Part shown: positions 1 to 9,994 of the stretch, piece by piece
Position numbering within the stretch: the stretch's first letter is position 1
Layout: each line of letters begins with the position of its first letter
NCBI GenBank assembly: GCA_963768835.1
Contig: CAVYJB010000002.1
Span: forward strand, 72,230-136,229
DNA from: an uncultured bacterium
Lineage (GTDB): Bacteria > Patescibacteriota > Minisyncoccia > UBA6257 > GWB1-50-10
Length of the DNA stretch: 64,000 nucleotides
Direction of reading: 5' to 3'
Notes under the pieces: generated by a model
Seen by the model: the letters and a program-made list of their open reading frames with translations, nothing else
Databases searched by the model: none
Told to the model about the DNA's origin: nothing
Made by a program: the position numbers and the translations under genes

Positions 1-124
1 CGAGCTGGTCCATCCCCAGGACCGTGGGCGTGGAAGCGCTGAAATTCAGGAGGAGCGAGAAGAGGATCGTGACCGAAATGAAGACGGCGATGGCCGCAAG
101 AATGTTTTTAGCAACAGGTTTCAT
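1..124 (-). CDS. 5' end of a membrane protein running off the window, possibly FtsH
   Basis: ATG at 124 reads MKPVAKNILAAIAVFISVTILFSLLLNFSASTPTVLGMDQL: a basic N-terminus plus a TM helix resembling FtsH N-termini. Only 41 codons are visible. Confidence 0.45.
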   Translation of the reverse strand, partial: MKPVAKNILAAIAVFISVTILFSLLLNFSASTPTVLGMDQL

Positions 125-202
125 GGCAGTGTTCCCACTATCGCAAAAAATAGTGGAGGGGTCAAACCCCTCCCCGCCCGCACCGTTCGCCCGCCGCGGC
201 GC

Positions 203-1291
203 CTACGCCCGAAGCTTGAGGACGATGCGGCGTTCGGCGGGCCGAACCTCCTGGATCGTAAAGGAGTACTCCTTCCCGATCGTGAGCGCGGCGCGCATCG
301 CTTCCACGCTTCCGAACTCCGTCACGTGGATCTGTCCTTGAAGGTCGGAGGTCAGCGTGACGATGGCACCATACGGGTTAAAGCTGTACACAGTACCGCG
401 GACCGCGCCACCCACAATATAGACAGTCTCCGCGGTCGTCCACGGATCGGCCTTCAGAGCCTTGAGGGAAAGGGAGATTTTCCCGTCCCGGATGTCCACG
501 ATTTTCACTCGGACGGGGTCGTCCACCTTCACCACTTCCTTGGGGTTTTCGACGGTCCGATATGCGAGCTCTGAAACGTGAATCAGGCCCTCCACAGCAG
601 GGTTATCGGTGAACCGGACGAAGGCCCCGAAGTCGGCTACCCCCGAGATAATGCCTTCGATCTCCTGTCCCACCGTGTAGTTCTTCGCGAACTCCCGCGA
701 GGAAACTTCGGAGGCCTCGCGCTCCGAGAGGATAAGTTTCTCCGTCCGAGGGTTGGCATCGATGATCTTCACCGTGAGCTCCTCGCCGACGAGCGCCTGG
801 AGCGCGGTTCCCACCTGCAGCCGGTCTTCGCCCGAGATTTTAGGATAGTGTTCGTTCGAAAGCTGCGAGACAGGCAGGAATGCCGGAAGGCCGGCGACCT
901 CCGCCGTGAGTCCTCCCTTGTTGGATCCGCGGATGCGCACCTTGAGAGGCTCTCCCTGCTCCATGAGTTCCGCGACCTGCGTCCAGGCCTTCTGCCGACC
1001 CGCCTCGGCGAGCGAGAGTTCCACATACCCTTCCTCATTGTCGACATCGAGGACCTTCGCGTGCACTTCATCGCCCGGCTTCAGGTTCCGAACGATCTCC
1101 CATGCGTTCTTGAGTTCCCCGCGATAGACCATCCCCGTGCCGAACCGGCCGAGGTCCACGATGAGCGCGCGCGCGCTCTTCTCAAGGATGCGCCCCACGA
1201 TAAGATCGCCCACGCGAGGAAGCATGACGAGAGCTGCGTCCTTCCGGAGGAACTCGGAGAGCGGGGTCGGGTTGGTTTTTACTACAGTCAC
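203..1291 (-). CDS. rpsA: 30S ribosomal protein S1 (short, four S1 domains)
   Basis: Repeated S1 motifs (DFGAFV, EGLIHVSEL, FLPVSQL, GQIHVTE); 362 aa. Confidence 0.9.
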   Translation of the reverse strand: MTVVKTNPTPLSEFLRKDAALVMLPRVGDLIVGRILEKSARALIVDLGRFGTGMVYRGELKNAWEIVRNLKPGDEVHAKVLDVDNEEGYVELSLAEAGRQKAWTQVAELMEQGEPLKVRIRGSNKGGLTAEVAGLPAFLPVSQLSNEHYPKISGEDRLQVGTALQALVGEELTVKIIDANPRTEKLILSEREASEVSSREFAKNYTVGQEIEGIISGVADFGAFVRFTDNPAVEGLIHVSELAYRTVENPKEVVKVDDPVRVKIVDIRDGKISLSLKALKADPWTTAETVYIVGGAVRGTVYSFNPYGAIVTLTSDLQGQIHVTEFGSVEAMRAALTIGKEYSFTIQEVRPAERRIVLKLRA

Positions 1292-1363
1292 AGGGGGAAG
1301 CGTACCATAGAACCCCGTTGAAAGGCAAGCGGAACGGGCCTATAATGCATATCAACCTACGGC

Positions 1364-1945
1364 ATGGTTATAACCTACCAGGGTGAGAACTACTTCCGGT
1401 TCCAATCGGGCGACCTCACGCTCCTTGTGGACCCCACGAATCAGCGCGCGTTTAAAGGAGCGAGCGTGGTCCTCTGCACGACCTCTCCCGCCTCGAGCGC
1501 GCCGCCCGAGGAGTCGGGGGACGAGGCGCCGTTCTGGGTGGACCACCCCGGAGAATACGAGGCGAAGGGCATCGAGATCCGCGGCATCTCTACCGGGAAC
1601 GACGGCCGCGCGGACCACACCGCCTACCGCGTGACCATGGACGAGATCACGATCGGGCTCCTCGGACACCTCACCGCGGACCTCGACGAGCCTTCCCGGG
1701 AACTTCTGGGAGGCGTCGATATCCTTATTCTGCCGGCGGGCGGGAAACCCTATCTTTCGGAGGCGGCGGCGGCGAAGATCGCGCGCGAACTCGAGCCTTC
1801 CCTCGTCATTCCCTCGCTCACCGACGATCCGCGCACATTCCTGAAGGCGCTCGGGGTGACGGCGGCCGAGGAAGAGAAGCTGGTCCTGAAGAAAAAAGAC
1901 CTCGCGCCGGGGGCCTTGATCGTAAAACGACTGCAACATGCCTGA
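1364..1945 (+). CDS. MBL-fold hydrolase-like protein (CPR type)
   Basis: MVITYQGENYF...LLVDP, PGEYE, VDILILPAGG and LEPSLVIP motifs; the metal-binding His residues look degenerate. Confidence 0.75.
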   Translation: MVITYQGENYFRFQSGDLTLLVDPTNQRAFKGASVVLCTTSPASSAPPEESGDEAPFWVDHPGEYEAKGIEIRGISTGNDGRADHTAYRVTMDEITIGLLGHLTADLDEPSRELLGGVDILILPAGGKPYLSEAAAAKIARELEPSLVIPSLTDDPRTFLKALGVTAAEEEKLVLKKKDLAPGALIVKRLQHA

Positions 1946-2366
1946 TTTTTCCTCTTTTGGCTCGCGTTTCGCCGCGCGTCTCCGGCGCCTCCAGCGCGCG
2001 GACCTCGCCGTGCGGCGGCGGTGGCTCGTGGGCCTCTCGAGCGGGGCGTTCGTGGTCATTATCCTTCTCTGGATCTTTTACCTCCATCTCACGCTCCCTT
2101 CCGCGTCGACGGGCACCGACGCGGGTCTCGCGAGCTCCTCGACCTCCCAGGACACGGCACCGCAGGCCTCGACCGGCGACTCCTTCTTCGGGACGCTCGG
2201 CCGCGGCGCGCAGGAGATCTGGGGAAAAATCGCGACCGGAATCGCGAACCTGAGCGGAAGCGTCCGCGGCGCATTCTCCAGCTTCCGATCCACCCTTTCA
2301 ACCCCGAACAGCTTCTCCGTGATGCCGGCCGCGTCGACATCCGCCGGGACCACGAACGGATACTAG
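1938..2366 (+). CDS. Hypothetical single-TM protein with Ser/Thr-rich extracellular part
   Basis: The ORF overlaps the upstream stop and ends 4 nt before gyrA; one TM helix. Confidence 0.65.
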   Translation: MPDFSSFGSRFAARLRRLQRADLAVRRRWLVGLSSGAFVVIILLWIFYLHLTLPSASTGTDAGLASSSTSQDTAPQASTGDSFFGTLGRGAQEIWGKIATGIANLSGSVRGAFSSFRSTLSTPNSFSVMPAASTSAGTTNGY

Positions 2367-2370
2367 AACC

Positions 2371-4826
2371 ATGAGCGAGAAAGAAAACGAAAAACCAAAA
2401 TCGGCGAACCCGGGAGGGCGCGTGGATGCGCGCGAGATCACCGACGAACTCCGCGAATCGTACCTCGATTACGCGATGTCGGTCATTGTGGCGCGCGCCA
2501 TCCCCGACGTGCGGGACGGACTGAAGCCGGTGCAGCGCCGCATCCTCTGGGCGATGTGGGACATGGGGCTCACCCACAGCGCGAAGTTCAAAAAATCCTC
2601 GAACGTAGTGGGTGAGGTTCTCGGGAAGTATCATCCGCACGGCGACATGGCGGTCTACGACGCGCAGGCCCGCATGGCCCAGGACTTCTCGCTCCGCTAC
2701 CCCTTGATCGACGGCCAAGGAAACTGGGGCTCCGTTGACGGCGACGCGCCGGCCGCGATGCGGTACACCGAAGCCCGGCTCACGAAGATGGCGGGGGAGC
2801 TTCTCCTCGACATCGAGAAGGAGACCGTGGAGTGGGTGCCGAACTACGACGCTCACGCGAAGAGCCGCGCTATCTCCCGGCGAAGCTTCCGAACCTCCTC
2901 CTGAACGGCACCGTCGGCATCGCTGTCGGCATGGCGACCTCCATTCCTCCGCACAACCTCGGGGAGGTGGCGGACGCCCTTCTTCATCTTATGAAGGAGC
3001 CGGACGCGGACGTGAAGGATCTCATGCGAGTTCATCCCGGGGCCGGACTTCCCGACCGGGGGCACCATCTACGATCAGAAGGCGCTCGAGGAGGCGTACG
3101 CACCGGCAAGGGTTCCATCACCATCCGCGCGGTCGCCGAGATCGAGGAGCGGAAGAAGGGAGCTTCCAGATCATCGTGACCGAGATACCGTACCAGGTGA
3201 ACAAATCGGACCTCATCACGAAGATGGCGGAGCTCGTGCAGGAAAAGAAGATAGAGGGCATCCGCGACCTCCGCGACGAGTCCGACCGCGACGGCCTCCG
3301 GATCGTCGTCGAGCTCAAGGGCGACGCCGCCCCCAGAAAATCCTGAACCAGCTTTTCGAATACACGGAGCTTCAGAAGAAGTTCTATCTGAACATGCTCG
3401 CGCTCATGGAGGGCTCCAGCCCCGGATGCTTTCTCGCTCGGAGGTGCTCCGGAATACCTGGCGCACCGCAAATCGTCATCCGCCGGCGGACGCGAGTTCG
3501 ACCTCAAGAAAGCGCAGGAGCGCGCGCACATTCTCGAGGGTCTCTTAAGGCGCTGGACGCCATCGACAGGGTCATCGCCGACCATCAAGAAATCAAAGGA
3601 CCGCGAGGACGCTAAGACAGAACTTGATGAGAACTTCTAAGATCACGGCGATACAGGCGGACGCCATCCTCGAGATGCGCCTCCAGACCCTCGCCGCGCT
3701 CGAGCGCGAGAAATGGACGAAGAGCTCAAGGAGAAGCGGAAGCTGATCGAGGAGCTGGACGCTTATTTTGAAAAGCCGAAGCGGATCCTCGACGATCATC
3801 GGGAAGGAGCTCAGGCCTCTCAAAAGACGCGTTCCCGAGGGCCGGCGGACGAAGATCGTGCCACGGGCTCAAGGAGTTCAATGAGGAGGATCTCAGTCGC
3901 TTGAGGAGGCGGTCATCGTCTCACGCAGGACGGCTACATCAAACGCATGCCGCCTACACGCTTCAGGCCCAGCGCGCGGCGGCAAGGGGCTCATCGGCAT
4001 CGAACTCAAGGAAGAGGACCAGATCCATCAGATTCTCGCGCGACACGCACGACAACATCCTGTTCTTCACCGACGGCGGCAGGGTGTTCCAGACGAAAGC
4101 CTACGAGATTCCGGTCGCGGCCCGCACACCAAGGGGAGTCGATCCACAACTTCCTCGACGATCCCGGCCGACGAAAAGGTGAGCGCCATCGTGAGCTACG
4201 ACCGAGGCGAAAAAAGCAGGACTCCTCGTGATGGCGACGCAGGAGGGCATCGTGAAACGGACCGGCTTGCCGACTTCGAGAACGTGCGCCGGACCGGCAT
4301 CATCGCCATCAACCTGAAGGGCAGGGACCGCCTGCGATGGGTCGGGCACTCAGGCGGGAAGGACCAGGTCGTCGTGTATCGGTGCGCGGACGCGCCATCC
4401 GTTTCAAGGAAAAGGACATTCGTCCGATGGGCCGCACCGCGGCGGGCATCCGCGGCATCCGCCTCGGCAAGGGGGATATGGTGAGCCGGGCTTGATATAA
4501 TAAAGAGCGACCGGAGCCGCGAAGTCCGAACGGCTGCTCGTCGTCATGGGGAAGGGGTTCGCGAAGCAGACGTCACTTAAGGAGTACAAGCTCCAGCATC
4601 GCGGCGGCGCGGGATCCTGACCGCCAAGGTGACCCCGAAAACAGGCGCGGTGATCGCGGTCGCGATCGTGAACGATGCCACCGAGGAGGTGCTCGCGTTC
4701 TCCTCGAAGGGACAGGCGCTCCGGACCCGCCTCAGCGACATCCGGACGGCGGGGAGGGCGACCCAGGGAGTCCGCATCATGGACCTGGGGGAGGGCGATT
4801 CCCTGATCGGCATTGTCTGCCTCTAA
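2371..4826 (+). CDS. gyrA: DNA gyrase subunit A, split by many apparent 1-nt deletions (likely sequencing errors)
   Basis: [56 protein letters not shown] and [10 protein letters not shown] motifs appear in successive frames. Confidence 0.92.
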
Positions 4827-4856
4827 AGAAGTTTTCCGACGTTCTCCACTAACCGG

Positions 4857-6179
4857 ATGAATCTCACTAGAAACCAGGCGATTGTAATTCTGAGCATCGG
4901 CACGGTAATCCTCCTTTTCGCGCTGATGTTCCTCGGCGTCATCCCGGGGTTCCGTGGCGTCGGCCCGAAACAAAATACGGCGCCGAAACTCACGCTCAAT
5001 GTATGGACGGTGGGGGATCAACAAGACAACTACCAACTCGCGTTCTCGGGCTTCTCAAAAATCTATCCGAACGTCTCCTTCGCGTTCCGCAGCTTCCCCG
5101 ACATCACGACGTATGAATCCTCGCTTCTGGATGCTCTGGCGGCGGGGAGCGGCCCGGACATTTTCATGGTCCGGAACGACAAGCTCGGGTCATACCTTAA
5201 TAAGATCGTAGCCGCTCCGACACAACAATTCACCCAGAGCCAACTCCAGCAGGCGTTCCCTGAAACGGTGGCGAATGATTTCGTGCGGAACGGAGCGCTC
5301 TACGGGCTTCCGGTCTCGATCGACGATCTCGCCCTCCTCTACAACCGCGATCTTCTGGACCGCGCGGCCGTGCCGGTTCCGACAACGTGGGACGATCTGG
5401 TGGCCGCGGTCCCCGCGCTCACAAAATACGATTCCGGGAGGAACATCACGCAGGCGGCGGTAGCCCTCGGCACGGGGACAGGAAACATCTCGCGCGCGGC
5501 TGACATTCTGGAGCTTCTTTTCCTCCAACACAACGTCGCCTACACCGATCAGAATCTCACGGACGGCACAGTGGGCCTTTCTTCGCCCGACGCCGCGAAC
5601 GCCGTGAATTTCTATACGCAATTCTCCGACGCCAACAGCTCGGCCTACACCTGGAACTCGAGTCTGCCACAGGACACCGATTTCTTCGCCGCAGGACATG
5701 TCGCGATGATCCTCGACTACGCGTCGGACCTTCCGGCCATCAAGGCCCAGAACGCGTTCCTGAACCTCGGCGTGGCGCCCGTCCTCCAATCGAATAACGC
5801 GCAGGTGGTTGTCGATCTCCCACGCTACTTCGGCTACGTCGTTTCTCGACAGAGCCCGAACCAGGCATGGGCTTGGAACTTTATTTTGTGGTTCAGCACA
5901 AACCCTTCGGTTGCGAAAACCTACCTCGACGGGACGGGCGGACCGCCCGCTCTCCGCTCGCTCATCCAGACGGACCTCGGGGACTCGGTGCTTGGCCCCT
6001 TCGCTCGGCAGGCGCTGATCGCGCGCGCTTGGGCGCCGCTTGATGCCACCGCGGTGGGCAGTATCCTCTCGAGTCTTATTGATGGCGTGGTGAATTCCCA
6101 ACTGCCCGCCGCCGTCGGACTCCAAACGGCGCAGACACAGATTAAGGCGCTCCAGGGAGGGAACGGTGCAGCTCAGTGA
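4857..6179 (+). CDS. Membrane-anchored extracellular solute-binding protein (sugar-type SBP fold)
   Basis: N-terminal TM; GSGPDIF, YGLPVSID.LALLYNRDL and PTTWDDL motifs. Confidence 0.85.
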   Translation: MNLTRNQAIVILSIGTVILLFALMFLGVIPGFRGVGPKQNTAPKLTLNVWTVGDQQDNYQLAFSGFSKIYPNVSFAFRSFPDITTYESSLLDALAAGSGPDIFMVRNDKLGSYLNKIVAAPTQQFTQSQLQQAFPETVANDFVRNGALYGLPVSIDDLALLYNRDLLDRAAVPVPTTWDDLVAAVPALTKYDSGRNITQAAVALGTGTGNISRAADILELLFLQHNVAYTDQNLTDGTVGLSSPDAANAVNFYTQFSDANSSAYTWNSSLPQDTDFFAAGHVAMILDYASDLPAIKAQNAFLNLGVAPVLQSNNAQVVVDLPRYFGYVVSRQSPNQAWAWNFILWFSTNPSVAKTYLDGTGGPPALRSLIQTDLGDSVLGPFARQALIARAWAPLDATAVGSILSSLIDGVVNSQLPAAVGLQTAQTQIKALQGGNGAAQ

Positions 6180-6196
6180 AGTGCTATAATGAATTC

Positions 6197-6580
6197 ATGA
6201 CGAGGCTCCGTGCGCATTCTCCTCTCCGTTTCCTCTTCGCCTTCGTCCCCCTCGCATCTTTTGCTCTCACCGCACACGCACAAGGTGGAGTCGGTGGAGG
6301 AGGTGGGGCCGGGCTCCAACCCTTCACAGGATCCCCGACAAGCCTCACCGGAATCCTTACGAACATCGCGAATATACTCGCGTATCAGATTGCCCCGGTC
6401 ATCGGCGGCATCATGATCCTCATTGGAGCCTTCCAAATGCTCTTTTCCGCCGGGGACCCCGACAAGTTCCAGACCGGAAAGAAAACTATCTTGTACACGG
6501 TCATTGGGTATGCTATAATCTTTTTAAGCTCCGTAATCATATCGGTCGTCCAGAATCTCCTGACAGGGACGGCAACCTAG
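6197..6580 (+). CDS. TrbC/VirB2-like pilin (CPR type)
   Basis: Signal peptide ending AHA, two TM helices flanking SAGDPDKFQTGKKTILYTVIG; TATAAT 6 nt before the ATG. Confidence 0.8.
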   Translation: MTRLRAHSPLRFLFAFVPLASFALTAHAQGGVGGGGGAGLQPFTGSPTSLTGILTNIANILAYQIAPVIGGIMILIGAFQMLFSAGDPDKFQTGKKTILYTVIGYAIIFLSSVIISVVQNLLTGTAT

Positions 6581-6654
6581 CCTACGGAGAACACCGCGCA
6601 TCCATCCGTCAAAAGGAAAGGTCGAAACGTCAATAACGTAACGATATCTCTGTA

Positions 6655-6996
6655 ATGAAAAAACTAACTGTGGCAGGAGGAGCACTCCTATTGGCGTCTC
6701 TTCCTCTCATCTCTGCAGCACAGACGACATCCTTCGCAACCCCGACAATTTCGACCGTCGGAGGGTTCTTGGGTCTTCTGACCCAGATCTTTGGCTGGAT
6801 TCAGGTCGCATTCTGGATCTTGGCAGCCATCTTCATCCTTCTCACGGCGTTCAAGTACCTGACAGCGCAGGGCGATGAGTCGAAGATCGCAACCGCAAAG
6901 CAGATGCTTGTTTACACCATTATCGCCATCGCGATAGGGCTCTTTGCGACCATCGGTATCAGTCTCGTCCGCAGCTTCCTTTCGGGTGGAGCATAA
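6655..6996 (+). CDS. TrbC/VirB2-like pilin (CPR type)
   Basis: Signal peptide and YLTAQGDESKIATAKQMLVYTIIA pilin motif. Confidence 0.8.
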   Translation: MKKLTVAGGALLLASLPLISAAQTTSFATPTISTVGGFLGLLTQIFGWIQVAFWILAAIFILLTAFKYLTAQGDESKIATAKQMLVYTIIAIAIGLFATIGISLVRSFLSGGA

Positions 6997-7024
6997 CGAA
7001 TCACGAACGGAAACGGACAAATTT

Positions 7025-7060
7025 CAACACCCTCGCCATCCGGCGGGGGTGTTGTGCTTT
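7025..7060 (+). terminator. Intrinsic terminator after the pilin genes
   Basis: CAACACCCTCGCC-ATCC-GGCGGGGGTGTTG hairpin followed by a T-rich tail. Confidence 0.7.
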
Positions 7061-7097
7061 TCGCTCCTCCATAGGATAAATAGAGGATAGCGCCTTC

Positions 7098-8489
7098 ATG
7101 AATCGAACCGCTCTCACGCTGACCATTGTCGGCATTTTCGTTCTGAACGTCGGGCTGCGTTGCTTCAATATCGCCTACCCCGATCGCCCCGTCTTCGACG
7201 AAGCTCATTTTACAACCTACGCCGCTGCTTATGCATCGCACCGGCCCTATATTGATATTCATCCCCCCCTCGGGAAAGCCCTTTACGCCATCCCGCTCTT
7301 CTTCGCAGACCCGACGACGTATCGAGGAACTCAGTTTGTGATTCCTTCCACCACCATGATCAACAGCGCGGTGGGGAAAGAGATGAATCTCGACTATATC
7401 ACGACGAGCACTCAGTACGGCGGCTTCCCCTATGTGGCCTTGCGCGTCGAAGGCTCGATTTGGGGCGGAATCCTCGCGGTCTCCGTCTTCGTTTTTGTTC
7501 TCACTCTCACAGGCGAAGTTCTTCCCGCCGCGCTCGCCGTCTTCCTTGTGACATTCGAGAACGCCTTAGTAACAGAGACGCGCCTCGTTTTAATGAACGG
7601 AATGTATCTCTCGCTCGGTTTTTTTGCGCTCGCTCTCTTTTTCAAGAAACGGCCTTTCCAGAAACTCAGTGGAGCCGTGTGGGGACTTTCGATGGGGGTG
7701 AAGGCTATCGCGCTGACTTTCCTCGGTCCTATCCTCGCGGCCGTGCTCCTGCCGGGCGGGAAACCCTGGAACGAGCGAATAAAGACCTTCGGCCGATTCA
7801 TCGGGATGGGCGTGATTGTTTTTGGAATCATCATGCTAGTCGTGAACTCCATCTCCACTCCCGCCCAAGACCGCCTCACGTTCTATTATCGCCTCGCGTG
7901 GGGGAAAGCTTACGTGAACCCACCCCCCCAACCACAGGACCCTCCCATCCTCTCCGCCTTTGTCCGCTGGGCAGGCCCCCCGATTCACGCGGCCATCCTC
8001 GAAACGTTCTTTACCCTTTCAGGCTATACGGAAGGAAGCGCTCATCCTATGGAAAGCGATTGGTATCAATGGCCGGTTATGCAACGATCGATGGAATACT
8101 TTAAGGACGCGGTCTCGGGGAAACGCATCGTGCTCACCGGAAATCCTGTTGTTTGGTACCTTGGGAGCTTGAGCATCCTCGGCGGCGCCTTTTATCTCAT
8201 TTGGTCCCGACGAAAAGGGAGGGGGCTGCTGGAGGGGACTCCTCGCGTTGTTCTTCTGCTCCTGAGCGGCTATCTTACTTCCCTCTTCCCATTCCTCCTC
8301 ATCCAACGCTCGAAGTTCCTCTATCACTACTTCCCGGGGCTCATTTTCTCCATCTGCACCGCGGCGGTGCTCATTGCGGAGCTCCTAAAAAATCGATCCC
8401 CACGGACACGCGCTGTGGTGTTGGGGGTGCTGGGGATTGCCACTCTCGTAGGATTTATTCTTACCGCGCCACTTACTTACGGTCTCTAG
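7098..8489 (+). CDS. Dolichyl/polyprenyl-phosphate-mannose protein O-mannosyltransferase (GT39/PMT-like)
   Basis: VFDEAHF, DIHPPLGK, HPMESDWYQWP, GNPVVW and FLYHYFP motifs; multi-TM. Confidence 0.85.
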   Translation: MNRTALTLTIVGIFVLNVGLRCFNIAYPDRPVFDEAHFTTYAAAYASHRPYIDIHPPLGKALYAIPLFFADPTTYRGTQFVIPSTTMINSAVGKEMNLDYITTSTQYGGFPYVALRVEGSIWGGILAVSVFVFVLTLTGEVLPAALAVFLVTFENALVTETRLVLMNGMYLSLGFFALALFFKKRPFQKLSGAVWGLSMGVKAIALTFLGPILAAVLLPGGKPWNERIKTFGRFIGMGVIVFGIIMLVVNSISTPAQDRLTFYYRLAWGKAYVNPPPQPQDPPILSAFVRWAGPPIHAAILETFFTLSGYTEGSAHPMESDWYQWPVMQRSMEYFKDAVSGKRIVLTGNPVVWYLGSLSILGGAFYLIWSRRKGRGLLEGTPRVVLLLLSGYLTSLFPFLLIQRSKFLYHYFPGLIFSICTAAVLIAELLKNRSPRTRAVVLGVLGIATLVGFILTAPLTYGL

Positions 8490-8494
8490 TTTGT

Positions 8495-8537
8495 AAAAAA
8501 AACCCCCGGTGCTCGATTATTCTCGAGCCCGTGGGGT
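8495..8537 (-). terminator. Intrinsic terminator, paralogous to 9927-9972
   Basis: Minus strand CCCCACGGGCTCGAG...TCGAGCACCGGGGG followed by T8. Confidence 0.75.
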
Positions 8538-8556
8538 ATACAACTTTTTAGGCAGC

Positions 8557-9546
8557 TTACTGTTTTCTCACAACAATCAGTACCGTGCCTAGATCCAGCG
8601 CCTCACAATATACGACCCCTGCTGGGTTTGCGCCCGCCCATATTCCACCTATTTCATTGCTACGGAATAATTTCTCACTACCATCCGGCTGCCTAGAAAA
8701 AGCAATGAACGGCTTGTTCGTGTATATCCAGTGGATTGTTCCGTGTCCGGCACTGAACGTCGGCGTCCGAACGCCAACCAGGAGCTTAAACGTATCCACC
8801 CTCCCAAGCGTGGAAGGAGGGATTGTGGTGCCTGAAGGAATCATCGCGTTAGCGTTGCTGGGAAAGCTTACATTCCCCGAAAACGTGGTTGGCTGTCGCT
8901 CTGCTGGTTTCTGATAGCTCTCCGAATGGAAAGGGGGCGGAGCAATGCTTGTATCGGCAATCCAGCGCTCTATTTTTCCAAGCTCATGCTTTCCCCGAAC
9001 CTCGAGGGCTGGACGTAACCCTGGGCTTATTAGCTCGAGCATACCAGGGAGCGACAGCAAACAGAGAAATGCGGCAGCTATGAATCCTATCGCTACCATA
9101 ATTCCCCGCATTCGCTTGGCTGTTTTTTCGATACTGAATCCTGGGAGAGAAAGAGAGAGAAGGGATGCGGCGATGACCGCGAGTAAAAGAATGGCGCTAA
9201 GCGGTCGGTTCGTTGAAAGGTGAATAAACGATAGGAGCACCCCGGTGCTTACACCCATTCCCAGAATGTATCCGACGATTCTCAACACCGCCCGACCAGA
9301 TCCGAAAGAGGAGAGAATAATAGGCACCAACGGGTTAACGCGCGCGATCGCAAGGATCAGTAAGATAACGAAAAGCGCGACCCCTACTACCGCAAGCATG
9401 TACGTGACCCCAGCAAACGAGAAGAGGATGAGTACTACGGGATAAGCAATGAGCGCGATGGTTATCATACGCGCCCACCAACTACCGGTGTCCCAGAGAT
9501 CCATTAGAAATTTCCAGGACTGGGTTAGTAACGCGAGAAAATTCAT
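8557..9546 (-). CDS. Hypothetical multi-TM protein with a C-terminal beta-rich domain shared with 9995-10948
   Basis: About six TM segments, then the PSTLGRVDTF...YCEA domain; purine-rich SD upstream. Confidence 0.8.
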   Translation of the reverse strand: MNFLALLTQSWKFLMDLWDTGSWWARMITIALIAYPVVLILFSFAGVTYMLAVVGVALFVILLILAIARVNPLVPIILSSFGSGRAVLRIVGYILGMGVSTGVLLSFIHLSTNRPLSAILLLAVIAASLLSLSLPGFSIEKTAKRMRGIMVAIGFIAAAFLCLLSLPGMLELISPGLRPALEVRGKHELGKIERWIADTSIAPPPFHSESYQKPAERQPTTFSGNVSFPSNANAMIPSGTTIPPSTLGRVDTFKLLVGVRTPTFSAGHGTIHWIYTNKPFIAFSRQPDGSEKLFRSNEIGGIWAGANPAGVVYCEALDLGTVLIVVRKQ

Positions 9547-9806
9547 GGTACCCTCCTTTCCAACTTTTGTCGTGATTCTCGGTATTCATTTTCCAAATCT
9601 TTCTGCCGCCCCTTCTTCCGTTTTATCCAACGGCTATTGTAGCGATACTCGAGAATTATGTCAGCAAGATTCCCACTAATCTCCCCTGCATCTCGTACAA
9701 CTCGAGAGAGCAATCCCTTGAGACTGGCCAGGGCTCTACGAAAGAATCTTTGAATTCTGCTGTTGCTTACTTTCTCTATCCATTGCTCCAGCTGGTTCCG
9801 TGTCAT
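9543..9806 (-). CDS. Hypothetical basic 87-aa protein
   Basis: GAGG SD, ATGA overlap with the next gene, and its own promoter. Confidence 0.65.
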   Translation of the reverse strand: MTRNQLEQWIEKVSNSRIQRFFRRALASLKGLLSRVVRDAGEISGNLADIILEYRYNSRWIKRKKGRQKDLENEYRESRQKLERRVP

Positions 9807-9853
9807 AATTTCCTCGCTCCAGTTAACGGTATTGTTTACAAATTCCTGCCTTG

Positions 9854-9882
9854 ATTAGAGCATTGTAATGCAAGCTTGTCAA
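9854..9882 (-). promoter_or_regulatory. sigma70 promoter
   Basis: TTGACA-17 nt-TCTAAT on the minus strand. Confidence 0.65.
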
Positions 9883-9926
9883 ATACTAACGCGGCGGCAG
9901 GATGTAGGTCCCGGGGGGAGATTGAG

Positions 9927-9972
9927 AAAAAAAAACCCCGGTGCTCGATGGTTTTTCGAGTCCGCGGGGTTT
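9927..9972 (-). terminator. Intrinsic terminator, paralogous to 8495-8537
   Basis: Minus strand CCCCGCGGACTCGA...TCGAGCACCGGGG followed by T9. Confidence 0.75.
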
Positions 9973-9994
9973 GTGACTTCTTATCTGTACGACA

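Noticed and set aside
578-1321. Long antisense or alternative-frame ORFs (e.g. 578-1321, 5190-6125, 20555-21652, 25061-25858, 28914-29927)
   Set aside because: They shadow well-supported genes in GC3-rich DNA and have no motifs or expression signals.
2850-4630. gyrA as a pseudogene, or a recoded or split gene
   Set aside because: The breaks look like many 1-nt deletions in an essential gene whose motifs are otherwise intact. This is typical of low-coverage long-read consensus error.
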